From Candidatus Limnocylindrales bacterium (lineage in GTDB: Bacteria > Chloroflexota > Limnocylindria > Limnocylindrales > CSP1-4): DNA of 64,000 bases. Within the stretch, counting starts at the first letter, position 1; each line of letters starts with the position of its first letter. The notes under the pieces are model-generated. The model saw only the letters and a list, made by a program, of their open reading frames with translations. It was not told where the DNA came from and did not search any database. The stretch is from NCBI GenBank assembly GCA_036003325.1, contig DASYSM010000025.1:2633-66632 (forward strand), given 5' to 3'. The position numbers and the translations under genes are program-made. Shown here in pieces: positions 17,857 to 26,126 of this stretch.

Positions 17857-18843
17857 ATGCGGCTGATCCTGGATGCGAAGATCCGTCCCGAGACCGTCGA
17901 CCGCCTGCGCGGGATGGACGGGCTGGACGTCGTCGACCTCAGCGGCGATGACGACTTCGACCCACGTGGCCTCGCCGACCCCGAGGTCGAGATCCTGGTC
18001 GCCGGCTGGCCGCCGGACGACCTCGGGCGGGTCCCGCGTCTGCGCTGGCTCCAGGTGCCGTCCGCCGGCGTCGATCACATGGCCGCCGACCCGCCGTGGC
18101 GGAAGGGGCTGCTGGTCACCAACGCGAAGGGCGTCTACGCCGTCCCGATCGCCGAGTACGTGACCGGGATGGTGCTGCGGGTCAACCAGCCCGCCGCGAC
18201 CTGGAGCGCCGACCAGGCCGCCCACCGGTGGCCGGACGGCACGCCGCCGCTGGTCTCGCTGGTCCGCGGCCGGACCGCGGTCGTCGCCGGGTACGGCTCG
18301 ATCGGACGCGAAGTGGCGCGCCAGCTGTCCGCGCTCGGGATGCGCATCGTGGCGATCAAGCATCGGCCGGACGAGCGGGTCGACACCTCCTACCGGGTCG
18401 CGGGGACAGGCGATCCGGACGGCTCGATCCCGGAACGCATCGAGGACGAGACGGCGCTCGCCGACGTCGCGCGCGAGGCGGACATGCTGATCGTGACGAT
18501 GCCGCTGACCGACGCCTCGCGCGGGATCGTCGGACGCGCCGTGCTGGCCGCCCTGCCGCCGCATGCCTGGGTGGTCAACATCTCGCGCGGGCCGCTGGTC
18601 GACGAACAGGCGCTGCTCGAGGCGCTGCGGGCGGGCCGGCTGGGCGGCGCGGTCCTGGACGTGTTCGGGGAGGAGCCGTTGCCGCCCGACAGCCCGTGGT
18701 GGGACGCCCCGAACGTCATCGTCACCCCGCACGCATCGGGTCACACGCTCCGCTTCTTCGACGACCTGGTCCTCGAGAACGTGCGTCGCTACCTCGCCGC
18801 CGAGCCGCTCCTGAACCCGGTCGACCCGGAGCGCGGATACTAG
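17857..18843 (+). CDS. D-isomer-specific 2-hydroxyacid dehydrogenase family protein
   Basis: The NAD-binding motif is VAGYGSIGREVARQL. The catalytic region is NISRGPLVDEQAL...VTPHASG. The start is ATG 17857, with ATG 17839 as an alternative. I trimmed it from ORF 17617..18843. Confidence 0.85.
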   Translation: MRLILDAKIRPETVDRLRGMDGLDVVDLSGDDDFDPRGLADPEVEILVAGWPPDDLGRVPRLRWLQVPSAGVDHMAADPPWRKGLLVTNAKGVYAVPIAEYVTGMVLRVNQPAATWSADQAAHRWPDGTPPLVSLVRGRTAVVAGYGSIGREVARQLSALGMRIVAIKHRPDERVDTSYRVAGTGDPDGSIPERIEDETALADVAREADMLIVTMPLTDASRGIVGRAVLAALPPHAWVVNISRGPLVDEQALLEALRAGRLGGAVLDVFGEEPLPPDSPWWDAPNVIVTPHASGHTLRFFDDLVLENVRRYLAAEPLLNPVDPERGY

Positions 18844-18860
18844 GCCGAGGAGGCGTGGCG

Positions 18861-19451
18861 ATGGACGACCAGAAGGAACCGGTGACCCGGCTCGGCCCCG
18901 ACAGCGGTGGCCGCGGACCGGGCGAGCCCGTCGCCCGGGTCTACCACTGGGAGTGGGGCCCCGACGATGCACGGCGACCCGGCCTGCCGTGGATCGGCAT
19001 CTTCCTGCTGGTCTTCGGCGGGCTGCTGCTCCTGCAGCAGGCATTCCCGCAGTTTCGCGGCGTCGGTTCGGTCGTCGTGCTCGCGGTCGGCGTCGCGTTC
19101 CTCATCAAATGGGCCATCGACCGAGGGACGGGATCGCTCTACGCCGGCGCGATCATCACCGCCCTCGCGGTGCCGGGCCTGCTCAACGCGGCCGGCATCG
19201 AGGCCGATGGCCTGAGCACCTTCAGCTTCGGGATCGCCTTCCTGTTCATCGCCATCGTCCGGGCCGTATCGGGCGGCGGCTGGGGCTGGCAGCTGTGGTT
19301 CGGTGGGCTGCTGACGCTGGTCGGTGCGGTCAACATCGCGGGGGCGTCGTTCGGGGGCTACGTGCTACCGCTCGTGCTGGTGATCCTCGGCGCCCTGCTG
19401 ATCGTGCGCGGCTCGGGGAACCGGTTCGGCGGGACCGGCCGTCGGCCCTAG
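18861..19451 (+). CDS. hypothetical membrane protein
   Basis: ATG 18861 follows GAGGAGG. There are 5-6 hydrophobic helices. I trimmed it from ORF 18096..19451. Confidence 0.55.
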   Translation: MDDQKEPVTRLGPDSGGRGPGEPVARVYHWEWGPDDARRPGLPWIGIFLLVFGGLLLLQQAFPQFRGVGSVVVLAVGVAFLIKWAIDRGTGSLYAGAIITALAVPGLLNAAGIEADGLSTFSFGIAFLFIAIVRAVSGGGWGWQLWFGGLLTLVGAVNIAGASFGGYVLPLVLVILGALLIVRGSGNRFGGTGRRP

Positions 19452-20800
19452 CGCCGCCCCGGGTCCGCGACTTCGGGCGCGGCGACCTCGATCGACTCGG
19501 CCAGGACCGCCACGATCCGTTCGAGCTCGGGATCGGTGACGATGAACGGCGGCCCGAGCAGGATCGTGTCGCCATCGACCCCATCGGCATTGCCGGTCCC
19601 CGAGTAGACGAGGACGCCACGCTCCCTGGCCGCCAGGACCACCGCCTCGGCCACCCGCGCGGCACGCGGGTACGGTGCCCGCGACTCCCTGTCGGCGACG
19701 AGCTCGATGCCGACCATCAGGCCACGCCCGCGGATCTCGCCGACAGCCGGGTGACCGCCGAATGCATCCTGGGCGAGCGCCAGCAACCGGCCGCCCTTCA
19801 GCGCACTCGCCTCGACCAGCGATTCGCGCTCGAGGATGGCGAGGACCTCGGACGCGACGGCGGCGGCGATGGGTGAATGCGAATAGGTGAACCCATGGAC
19901 GAAGCCGGGTGGCGCGGCCGCGATCGTCGTGTACACCTCGTCCGAGGTGGCCACGAACCCGAACGGCCAGTAGCCGGACGTGGCGCCCTTGGCCGCCACC
20001 AGCAGGTCCGGCCTGACGTTCCAGTGATCGAGCCCGAACCAGCGGCCGGTCCGCCCGAACCCGGTCATCACCTCGTCGGCGATGAGCAGGACGCCGTGTC
20101 GGGCACAGACCTCGGCGATGGCCGGCCAATAGCCATCGGGCGGTTCGACCGCCCCAAGCGTCGCGCCGACGATCGGTTCGGCCACGAAGGCAGCGACAGA
20201 GCGCGGCTCGGCCGCCGAGAAGGCGGCGTCCAGCTCGGCGGCGAGGGCCTCCGCCGAGCCCAGGGCGTTGGCGCCGGGCAGGTCGGCCCGGTACGGGTAG
20301 GCCGCCGACACGTGCCGGAACCTGCCGAGCCAGCCCTCGTACGGCCTGCGCAGCGGCTTGCGGCCGGACAGGTCCAGTGCGCCCAGGGTGTTGCCGTGGT
20401 AGCTCCCCCATCGCGCGTACACGATCCAGCGATCGGGCTCGCCCCGGGCGATGTGGTAGGCGCGGGCCAGCTTGAGCGCGGTCTCGATCGCCTCGGACCC
20501 GCCGGACACCGGGTAGATCGCCGGGTCGTTCACTGGCAGATGGGGCGCGACCGCACGTGCGTACGCCTCGAGAGGCTCGCTGGTGAACGCGCTGCCATGG
20601 GCATAGGCGAGCCGGTCCGCCTGGTCGGCCATGACTCGGGCGATCTCGCTGCGACCGTGCCCGACATTGATGACGATCGCCCCGCCGGCCGCGTCGAGGT
20701 ACTCGCGACCCTCGGCATCGCGGATGGTCGACCCCGAGGCCTCGACCGCCACGGGCGGATCGGCGACGGTGGAGCGGCGAAAGACCCGGCCCTTCTGCAT
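19448..20800 (-). CDS. class III (omega-type) aminotransferase
   Basis: AT-III motifs are present: GGAIVINVGHGRSEI, SGGSEAIETALKLAR, LLIADEVMTGFGRTG and KGATSGYWP. Confidence 0.9.
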   Translation of the reverse strand: MQKGRVFRRSTVADPPVAVEASGSTIRDAEGREYLDAAGGAIVINVGHGRSEIARVMADQADRLAYAHGSAFTSEPLEAYARAVAPHLPVNDPAIYPVSGGSEAIETALKLARAYHIARGEPDRWIVYARWGSYHGNTLGALDLSGRKPLRRPYEGWLGRFRHVSAAYPYRADLPGANALGSAEALAAELDAAFSAAEPRSVAAFVAEPIVGATLGAVEPPDGYWPAIAEVCARHGVLLIADEVMTGFGRTGRWFGLDHWNVRPDLLVAAKGATSGYWPFGFVATSDEVYTTIAAAPPGFVHGFTYSHSPIAAAVASEVLAILERESLVEASALKGGRLLALAQDAFGGHPAVGEIRGRGLMVGIELVADRESRAPYPRAARVAEAVVLAARERGVLVYSGTGNADGVDGDTILLGPPFIVTDPELERIVAVLAESIEVAAPEVADPGRR

Positions 20801-20868
20801 CGCCGCATCGTAGAGCCGCGCACGATGCGCGATGCTACGCGCGTCGCAGCTCGCAGCGGGACCGCGCC

Positions 20869-21930
20869 ATGGACGCTCTGCCGAGTCCGGCCCTCATCGT
20901 GCTCTTCCTCGCCGCAGCGGTCGTCACCTGGATCGCCGGGGTGCTGCTGTCGCGGACGACCGACGCGCTCGACGACCGGCTGCATCTTGGCGACGCGCTC
21001 GGCGGGGTCGTCCTGCTGGCCATCTCGGGCAGCCTGCCCGAGCTGGCGATCACGGTGTCGGCCGTCCTGCAGGGCCATCTCGACGTGGCCGCCGGGAATC
21101 TCATCGGCGGCATCGCGATCCAGACGATGGTCCTCGTCCTGTGCGACCGCGCGGTCGGTGGCGACAAGCCGCTGACCTATCTGGTCGGGTCGCTGATCCC
21201 GGTCCTCGAGGGCGCGATGGTCGTGATCGTCGTCGCCGTGATGTTGATGGGCACGATCCTGCCCGAATCGGCGGCGATCGGCGGCGTCAGCCCTGCGTCG
21301 ATCGGCATCGTCGCGACGTGGCTGGTCGGGATCTTCCTGATCGACCGGATCCGGCGGCACCAGCCCTGGCAGGTGACGATGCCCGGCAGCAAGCGGGGCC
21401 GACCGCACCGGCGGATGCCCCATCCGACGGCGCCGAAGCCGTTCGCGAACGTGAGCACGCTGCAGATCGGCCTCCTGTTCGCGGCGGCGAGCGCGGCCAT
21501 CCTCGTGGCCGGTGTCGCGCTGGAGTCGAGCGGCAGCCTGCTGGCAGACCGCTCGGGCATCAACGGCGTCGTGTTCGGGGCGACCTTCCTCGCGGCTGCC
21601 AGCGCGCTGCCCGAGATCAGCACCGGGATCGAAGCCGTCCGACTCGGCGACAACGAGCTGGCCATCGGCGACATCTTCGGCGGCAATGCCTTCCAGCTGT
21701 GCCTGTTCGTGGTCGCCGATCTCCTGGCCGGGAAGCCGCTCCTCCCGACGGCCGGCCGCGAGAACGCCTGGCTCGGGGCGCTCGGGATCGTCCTGACCGG
21801 GATCTATGTCACCGCGATCATCGTCCGCGGGGAGCGTCGCCACGCGGGCCTCGGGCTCGATTCACTGACGGCCGTGGTGGTGTTCGCGCTCGGCGTGTGG
21901 GGTCTGACGATCATCGCCGGCTCGGGCTAG
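20869..21930 (+). CDS. Ca2+:cation antiporter (CaCA, sodium/calcium exchanger membrane region) family protein
   Basis: Two alpha-repeat signatures are present: GGVVLLAISGSLPELAITV and GATFLAAASALPEISTGI. The protein is polytopic. Confidence 0.8.
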   Translation: MDALPSPALIVLFLAAAVVTWIAGVLLSRTTDALDDRLHLGDALGGVVLLAISGSLPELAITVSAVLQGHLDVAAGNLIGGIAIQTMVLVLCDRAVGGDKPLTYLVGSLIPVLEGAMVVIVVAVMLMGTILPESAAIGGVSPASIGIVATWLVGIFLIDRIRRHQPWQVTMPGSKRGRPHRRMPHPTAPKPFANVSTLQIGLLFAAASAAILVAGVALESSGSLLADRSGINGVVFGATFLAAASALPEISTGIEAVRLGDNELAIGDIFGGNAFQLCLFVVADLLAGKPLLPTAGRENAWLGALGIVLTGIYVTAIIVRGERRHAGLGLDSLTAVVVFALGVWGLTIIAGSG

Positions 21931-22654
21931 CGGGCTGGTCGGCCGCCTCGTCGCGGAGCGTCGCGCGCACGATCTCGCCGGGCCCGGGACCGGCCTGCGC
22001 GACGACCGACCCGTCGGCCGCCCAGATCCCCGACCGCCCCGCCGCCGGCTCGTACCCGCCGCCGTTCGGGCCCGCGCCACTGGCCACCGCGACCCAGATC
22101 CCATGCTCGGTCGCGAGGCGCCGGGCCCGCTCGTCCTGGATCTCACCCTCGTCGACGGCCTTCACGCTGCCCGCGACATAGGCGTCGATCCCGAGCGCAA
22201 CGGTGTCGGCCCAGTGCTGCGCGATGCCGGCGTCCCTGCAGATGGCGAGGCCGAGGCGCCAGCCGTCGAGCTCGAGGACGGCTGGTGCCGGGCCGGCCGA
22301 GAACCGCCTCGTCTCGGTCGAGCCGAGCCACATCTTGCGATACGCCACGCGGGCGCCGGTCCCGTCGGCCGCCAGCATCGCGATGCTGTCGGTGCCCTGT
22401 GCGCCGACCGCCGGAGCCCCGACGAGGGCGACGGATCCGGTGTCGCGACAGGCGTCGATGATCGGCGCCAGCCGTGGGTCGTCGGGGGCGACCGCGGGAG
22501 CGTCGAGCTCGTAACCGGTCACCGACAGCTCTGGGAAGACCACCAGCCGCGCGTCCGCGGATCGGATGGTCCGGGCGTGGGCGACCGCGTTCGCAGCGAC
22601 ATCGCCGGGGCGGCAGGCGGGCTGGGCGACCGCGATGGTCAGCGGCTCACGCAT
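21911..22654 (-). CDS. carbon-nitrogen hydrolase (nitrilase superfamily) protein
   Basis: The start LTIAVAQP..VVFPELSVTGY carries the catalytic Glu, and LGLAICRD carries the catalytic Cys. The 3' end overlaps the CaCA gene by 20 nt in convergent orientation. Confidence 0.85.
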   Translation of the reverse strand: MREPLTIAVAQPACRPGDVAANAVAHARTIRSADARLVVFPELSVTGYELDAPAVAPDDPRLAPIIDACRDTGSVALVGAPAVGAQGTDSIAMLAADGTGARVAYRKMWLGSTETRRFSAGPAPAVLELDGWRLGLAICRDAGIAQHWADTVALGIDAYVAGSVKAVDEGEIQDERARRLATEHGIWVAVASGAGPNGGGYEPAAGRSGIWAADGSVVAQAGPGPGEIVRATLRDEAADQPASPSRR

Positions 22655-22786
22655 CGGATCGGTGTCCTCCCCGTTCGGTTCCTGACGAGCGGCCGACGAC
22701 CGATGATACCGGCCATCCGGCGCCCGGGGAGGCGAGACCCCCGGCCCGGGGAAGGAGCCGGGTCGAGGGTCCGATCTGGTCCAGGG

Positions 22787-23944
22787 TCAGACGCGACCCT
22801 TCGGCACGGTGTGCCAGTACGTCTTGTTGAACACGATCTTGCCCAGGTGCCACAGGTGGTTCGGCTTCGGCGGGCGCGGCGGGTGGTCATAGTCGAACTG
22901 GAGGAGAGTCCCCTTCCCGTCCCCGATCTCGAAGAAGCACATCACCCGACCGTGGTAGTCGACGTGCTTGCCGGCCGGTGCGCGACCTTCGACCGCGGCC
23001 GCGATCCGCTCGGCCACGACCGGCGCCTCGAAATGGGCCGTCGAGCCGGCCTTCGAGAGCGGCAGGTCCGTCGCGTCGCCGAGCGCGAAGATGTCATCGT
23101 GGCCGGCCACGCGGAGGGTGTGCCTGTCGGTCGGCAGCCAGCCACCGGGGGCCGGCGCCAGACCGGAATCCATCAGGAACTGCTGGCCCTTGTGCGGCGG
23201 CACCAGGACCAGGAGGTCGTAGCCGAGCTCTTCGCCTTCGAGGCTGAGGACGACCTTGCGCTCCGGATCGATGGCCTCGACGTTGAAGAAGGTGTGCAGC
23301 TCGATGCCCTTGGCCTCGAGGATCGGGGTGGCCATCTCGGACACGCTCTCGATCGTGAACGCGCGGCCGATGGGCGAGCAGAAGTCGATGGAGGTGCGGC
23401 CGCGGATGCCGCGGTCGCGCAGCTCCGCCTCGACCAGGAACGCGACCTCGAGCGGCGCCGGCGGGCATTTGTAGGGCATCCCGGCGATGCCGATGACGAT
23501 CCGGCCGCCATCGAACCGGTCGAGGGCGGCGCGCAGCCGGGCCGCCGCCTCGGCCGTGTAGAAGTGGTGCGCCTCGGTGTCGAAGTGCTCGATGGACTCG
23601 GGCACGATGCGGGACCCGGTCGCCAGCACGAGCTGGTCGTATCCGAGCGGCAGGCCGTCCTTGAGGAGCACCGTCCGCTGGGCGGTGTCGACGTGGACGA
23701 CCTCGCCGACGATGAGGGTGACCCGCCTGTCGAGGAGGCCGCGCTCGGGGCGGTGGAGGTCGGCGGCCCGTTCGCCGCCCATCGCGATGTACATGAAGCC
23801 CGGCTGGTAGCTGTGCTCGCCGGTCGCATCGACGACGACGATCTCGACCTCGCCGCGATCGATCCGACGGCGCAGCTTCTTGACCAGGAGATTGGCGGTC
23901 AGGGTCCCCCCGACCCCGCCGCCGAGGATGAGGATCCGCTGCAT
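22787..23944 (-). CDS. sqr: sulfide:quinone oxidoreductase-like FAD-dependent pyridine nucleotide-disulfide oxidoreductase
   Basis: The FAD motif is ILILGGGVGGT. The SQR-type motif MPYKCPPAPLE is present, with a second Cys in RVMCFFE. It is the last gene of the TusA/DsrE operon. Confidence 0.75.
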   Translation of the reverse strand: MQRILILGGGVGGTLTANLLVKKLRRRIDRGEVEIVVVDATGEHSYQPGFMYIAMGGERAADLHRPERGLLDRRVTLIVGEVVHVDTAQRTVLLKDGLPLGYDQLVLATGSRIVPESIEHFDTEAHHFYTAEAAARLRAALDRFDGGRIVIGIAGMPYKCPPAPLEVAFLVEAELRDRGIRGRTSIDFCSPIGRAFTIESVSEMATPILEAKGIELHTFFNVEAIDPERKVVLSLEGEELGYDLLVLVPPHKGQQFLMDSGLAPAPGGWLPTDRHTLRVAGHDDIFALGDATDLPLSKAGSTAHFEAPVVAERIAAAVEGRAPAGKHVDYHGRVMCFFEIGDGKGTLLQFDYDHPPRPPKPNHLWHLGKIVFNKTYWHTVPKGRV

Positions 23945-23950
23945 GGCCGG

Positions 23951-24202
23951 CTACCGTCGCTTCTCGACGACGATCTCGTCGTAGCCATCTCGTGAGTCGA
24001 GGGCGACGAGCCGATGGCCCGCCTTCTCGACCCACTTGGGGATGTCGGTCCGGGAGCCGCTGTCCGAGGAGTAGACGGCGATGACGTCGCCGACCTGGCC
24101 CTCTCGGATGGCGCGGATGAGCTCCATCAACGGCCCCGGGCAGAAGCTCCCGCGAGCGTCGACGACACGGGTGATGGTGGGTGCTGCGGCGGTATCGGTC
24201 AT
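23951..24202 (-). CDS. TusA/SirA family sulfur carrier protein
   Basis: The 83-aa protein has a CPxP active-site motif (DARGSFCPGPLMEL). Confidence 0.85.
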   Translation of the reverse strand: MTDTAAAPTITRVVDARGSFCPGPLMELIRAIREGQVGDVIAVYSSDSGSRTDIPKWVEKAGHRLVALDSRDGYDEIVVEKRR

Positions 24203-24232
24203 GGTGGTCAGGGCCTTTCCTTGGGAGACCGG

Positions 24233-24835
24233 CTAGATGAACAGCGGGACGGAGTTCGTCGTCATCAGTTCGATGACCGACGCGGCACCGACCGGCTCGC
24301 CCATGCCGTCGATCATGTCCTCGGGCTTGAGCCCGAACATGTCCATGGTCATCTGGCATGGCAGGAACTCGACGCCCATCGCCTGGGCGATCTCGAGCAG
24401 CTCCCTGGGGCTGGACACGCCGTACTGGCCGGCGAGCTTGCGCATCATCCACGGCCCCATCCCGAAGAAGTCCATCTTCGAGAGGTGCCGGTGGCTGATG
24501 CCCGGCCGCTGCATCGCCGACATCATCTTCTGCATCCAGTTCTGGCCGGTGATGCGCTTCGAATCCTTGACGAAGACCGGGAGGCCCCAGAACGTCACGA
24601 AGACGCGGGTCCTGACCCCCATCGCGGCGCTCGTGGAAGCAAGGATCATCGTCGCCCAGACCTTCTCGAGATCCCCGCTGTAATCGATGATCAGGAGATC
24701 CTTGGCCGCGACGGCTCCGCCGTCCGCGGGTGCGGGTGCGGGCGCATCGCTCGGATCGACGGCCTCGGGCCAGCCTTCGACGGCGGCGATCGCCTCGGCC
24801 AGCGGGTCGACGGTGGGCAGCGTGGCGGTGGTCAT
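24233..24835 (-). CDS. DsrE/DsrF/DrsH-like family protein (COG2210-type)
   Basis: The motifs LLIIDYSGDLEKVWATMILAS and the conserved Cys in FLPCQMTMDMF are present. The start is ATG 24835. The track ORF extends to 24934. Confidence 0.75.
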   Translation of the reverse strand: MTTATLPTVDPLAEAIAAVEGWPEAVDPSDAPAPAPADGGAVAAKDLLIIDYSGDLEKVWATMILASTSAAMGVRTRVFVTFWGLPVFVKDSKRITGQNWMQKMMSAMQRPGISHRHLSKMDFFGMGPWMMRKLAGQYGVSSPRELLEIAQAMGVEFLPCQMTMDMFGLKPEDMIDGMGEPVGAASVIELMTTNSVPLFI

Positions 24836-24842
24836 GGCCGGC

Positions 24843-25079
24843 TCACTTCCTGCGGATGACGAAGCGGTACACCGCGCCGTCGGAGGTCTGGTCGACGAGC
24901 TCGTTGCCGGTCGCGCGGCACCACGCCGCGACATCCTTGATCGAGCCCGCGTCCGTCGCGATGAGTTCGACGACAGCCCCGGACGGCAGGGCCTTGCACG
25001 CCTGGGCGGTCCTGACGATCGGCATCGGGCACGACAGTCCTCGCGCGTCGACCGTCTGGGTGATCTCCTGGACCGGCAT
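24843..25079 (-). CDS. TusA/SirA family sulfur carrier protein
   Basis: The 78-aa protein has a CPxP motif (DARGLSCPMPIVRT). Confidence 0.85.
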   Translation of the reverse strand: MPVQEITQTVDARGLSCPMPIVRTAQACKALPSGAVVELIATDAGSIKDVAAWCRATGNELVDQTSDGAVYRFVIRRK

Positions 25080-25103
25080 TTGTCGGGCTCCTTTCGTTCG
25101 TGG

Positions 25104-25517
25104 TCAGATGAAGACGACCTGCCCGTCGCCGGCGTTGAGGTAGAACGCGGTCACGCCCTCGACCCCATCGACCAGCGGGTCCAGATCGCTCGATTCGAGC
25201 TGGAGGAGGTCCATCGACAGCGAACAGGCCTGGATGTCGACGGACCCGAGGTCCTTGGCCTGACGCATGGTCTCGGACCAGGGGGCCTGGCCGGCGCGAG
25301 CGAGGGCCGCGACCGCGGCCTGGCCGTCGGGACCGGCCTCCGGGGCGAGCCCGTGGTCGAGCGCGATGCGATCGGCCCTGAACGCATCGAGCGCCCAGTA
25401 CTGGAGGAAGATGTTGACCGGCTTGCCCAGGGCAGCGGCCCCGGCGGCGAGCACCGCGGCGGCCTGCAGCTTGTCGTCGGTGCCGGAGAACAGGACGAGG
25501 TTCAGGGGTTCATCCAT
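25104..25517 (-). CDS. DsrE-like family protein
   Basis: The start reads LNLVLFSGTDDKLQAAAVLAAGAAALG. The Cys motif IQACSLSMDLL is paralogous to that of the 24233-24835 protein. Confidence 0.7.
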   Translation of the reverse strand: MDEPLNLVLFSGTDDKLQAAAVLAAGAAALGKPVNIFLQYWALDAFRADRIALDHGLAPEAGPDGQAAVAALARAGQAPWSETMRQAKDLGSVDIQACSLSMDLLQLESSDLDPLVDGVEGVTAFYLNAGDGQVVFI

Positions 25518-25521
25518 CGGA

Positions 25522-25896
25522 TCACCTCGGGTGCCAGTCGGCGTCTGGGACTGAGCCTGCGGACGCGGCCGTGGCCGCCAGGTCCGGCCCCGTCGACAGT
25601 TCGGCCAGACGCCGCAACCGTCGCTCGAGGACGCCGCGCATGATCCCGCAGGCGACCATCACGTCCGGATCGGTCAATCGGTAGTGGACTTCGCGACCGT
25701 CGCGTTCGGCCTCGACGAGACCCGCTCCCCTCAGCACCGCCAGGTGCTGCGAGACGTTCGGCTGGCTGATGCCCATCCGGGCCGCGAGTCGGCTCGCCTC
25801 ACACTGCCCGGCGGCGATCCGATGCACGATCTCGAGCCGGCGCGGGCTCGCGAGCGTCCGAAGGACCTCGGCCTGGAGGATCGTGATCTCGTCCAT
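25522..25896 (-). CDS. ArsR/SmtB family transcriptional regulator (two-Cys, possibly persulfide-sensing)
   Basis: The motifs LASPRRLEIVHRIAAGQCEASRLAARMGISQPNVSQHLAVLRGAGLV and EVHYRL are present. Cysteines lie at positions 32 and 83 counting from ATG 25896. ATG 25929 is an alternative start. Confidence 0.85.
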   Translation of the reverse strand: MDEITILQAEVLRTLASPRRLEIVHRIAAGQCEASRLAARMGISQPNVSQHLAVLRGAGLVEAERDGREVHYRLTDPDVMVACGIMRGVLERRLRRLAELSTGPDLAATAASAGSVPDADWHPR

Positions 25897-25913
25897 GGCC
25901 GAAGCATCGGTCC

Positions 25914-25929
25914 ATGCACATCTGCGCAT
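25914..25929. promoter_or_regulatory. imperfect 7-2-7 palindrome ATGCACA-TC-TGCGCAT upstream of the ArsR gene
   Basis: One mismatch. The palindrome lies 18-33 nt upstream of ATG 25896 and is a candidate autoregulatory operator. Confidence 0.3.
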
Positions 25930-26126
25930 CAGTGCCGACGGTCACCGACTCGGGGGGCCGATCCGCCCCCACCTGCGACCGGCCACGAGCTGACCGGAGA
26001 CAGCGACCGGGCGGCCCTCCGATTCGTGCCATTCGGCCCATGGTCGGCGCCGCTCGCGGTCCCAGGATGGCATCCACGGTGGACGCCGGATGGGACGCCC
26101 GGCGCCCACCGCGAACCGGGCTGGCG

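Noticed and set aside
21911-21930. 20-nt convergent overlap between the CaCA antiporter and the C-N hydrolase genes as a regulatory feature.
   Set aside because: Short 3'-3' overlaps are common in compact high-GC genomes, and nothing else distinguishes the site.
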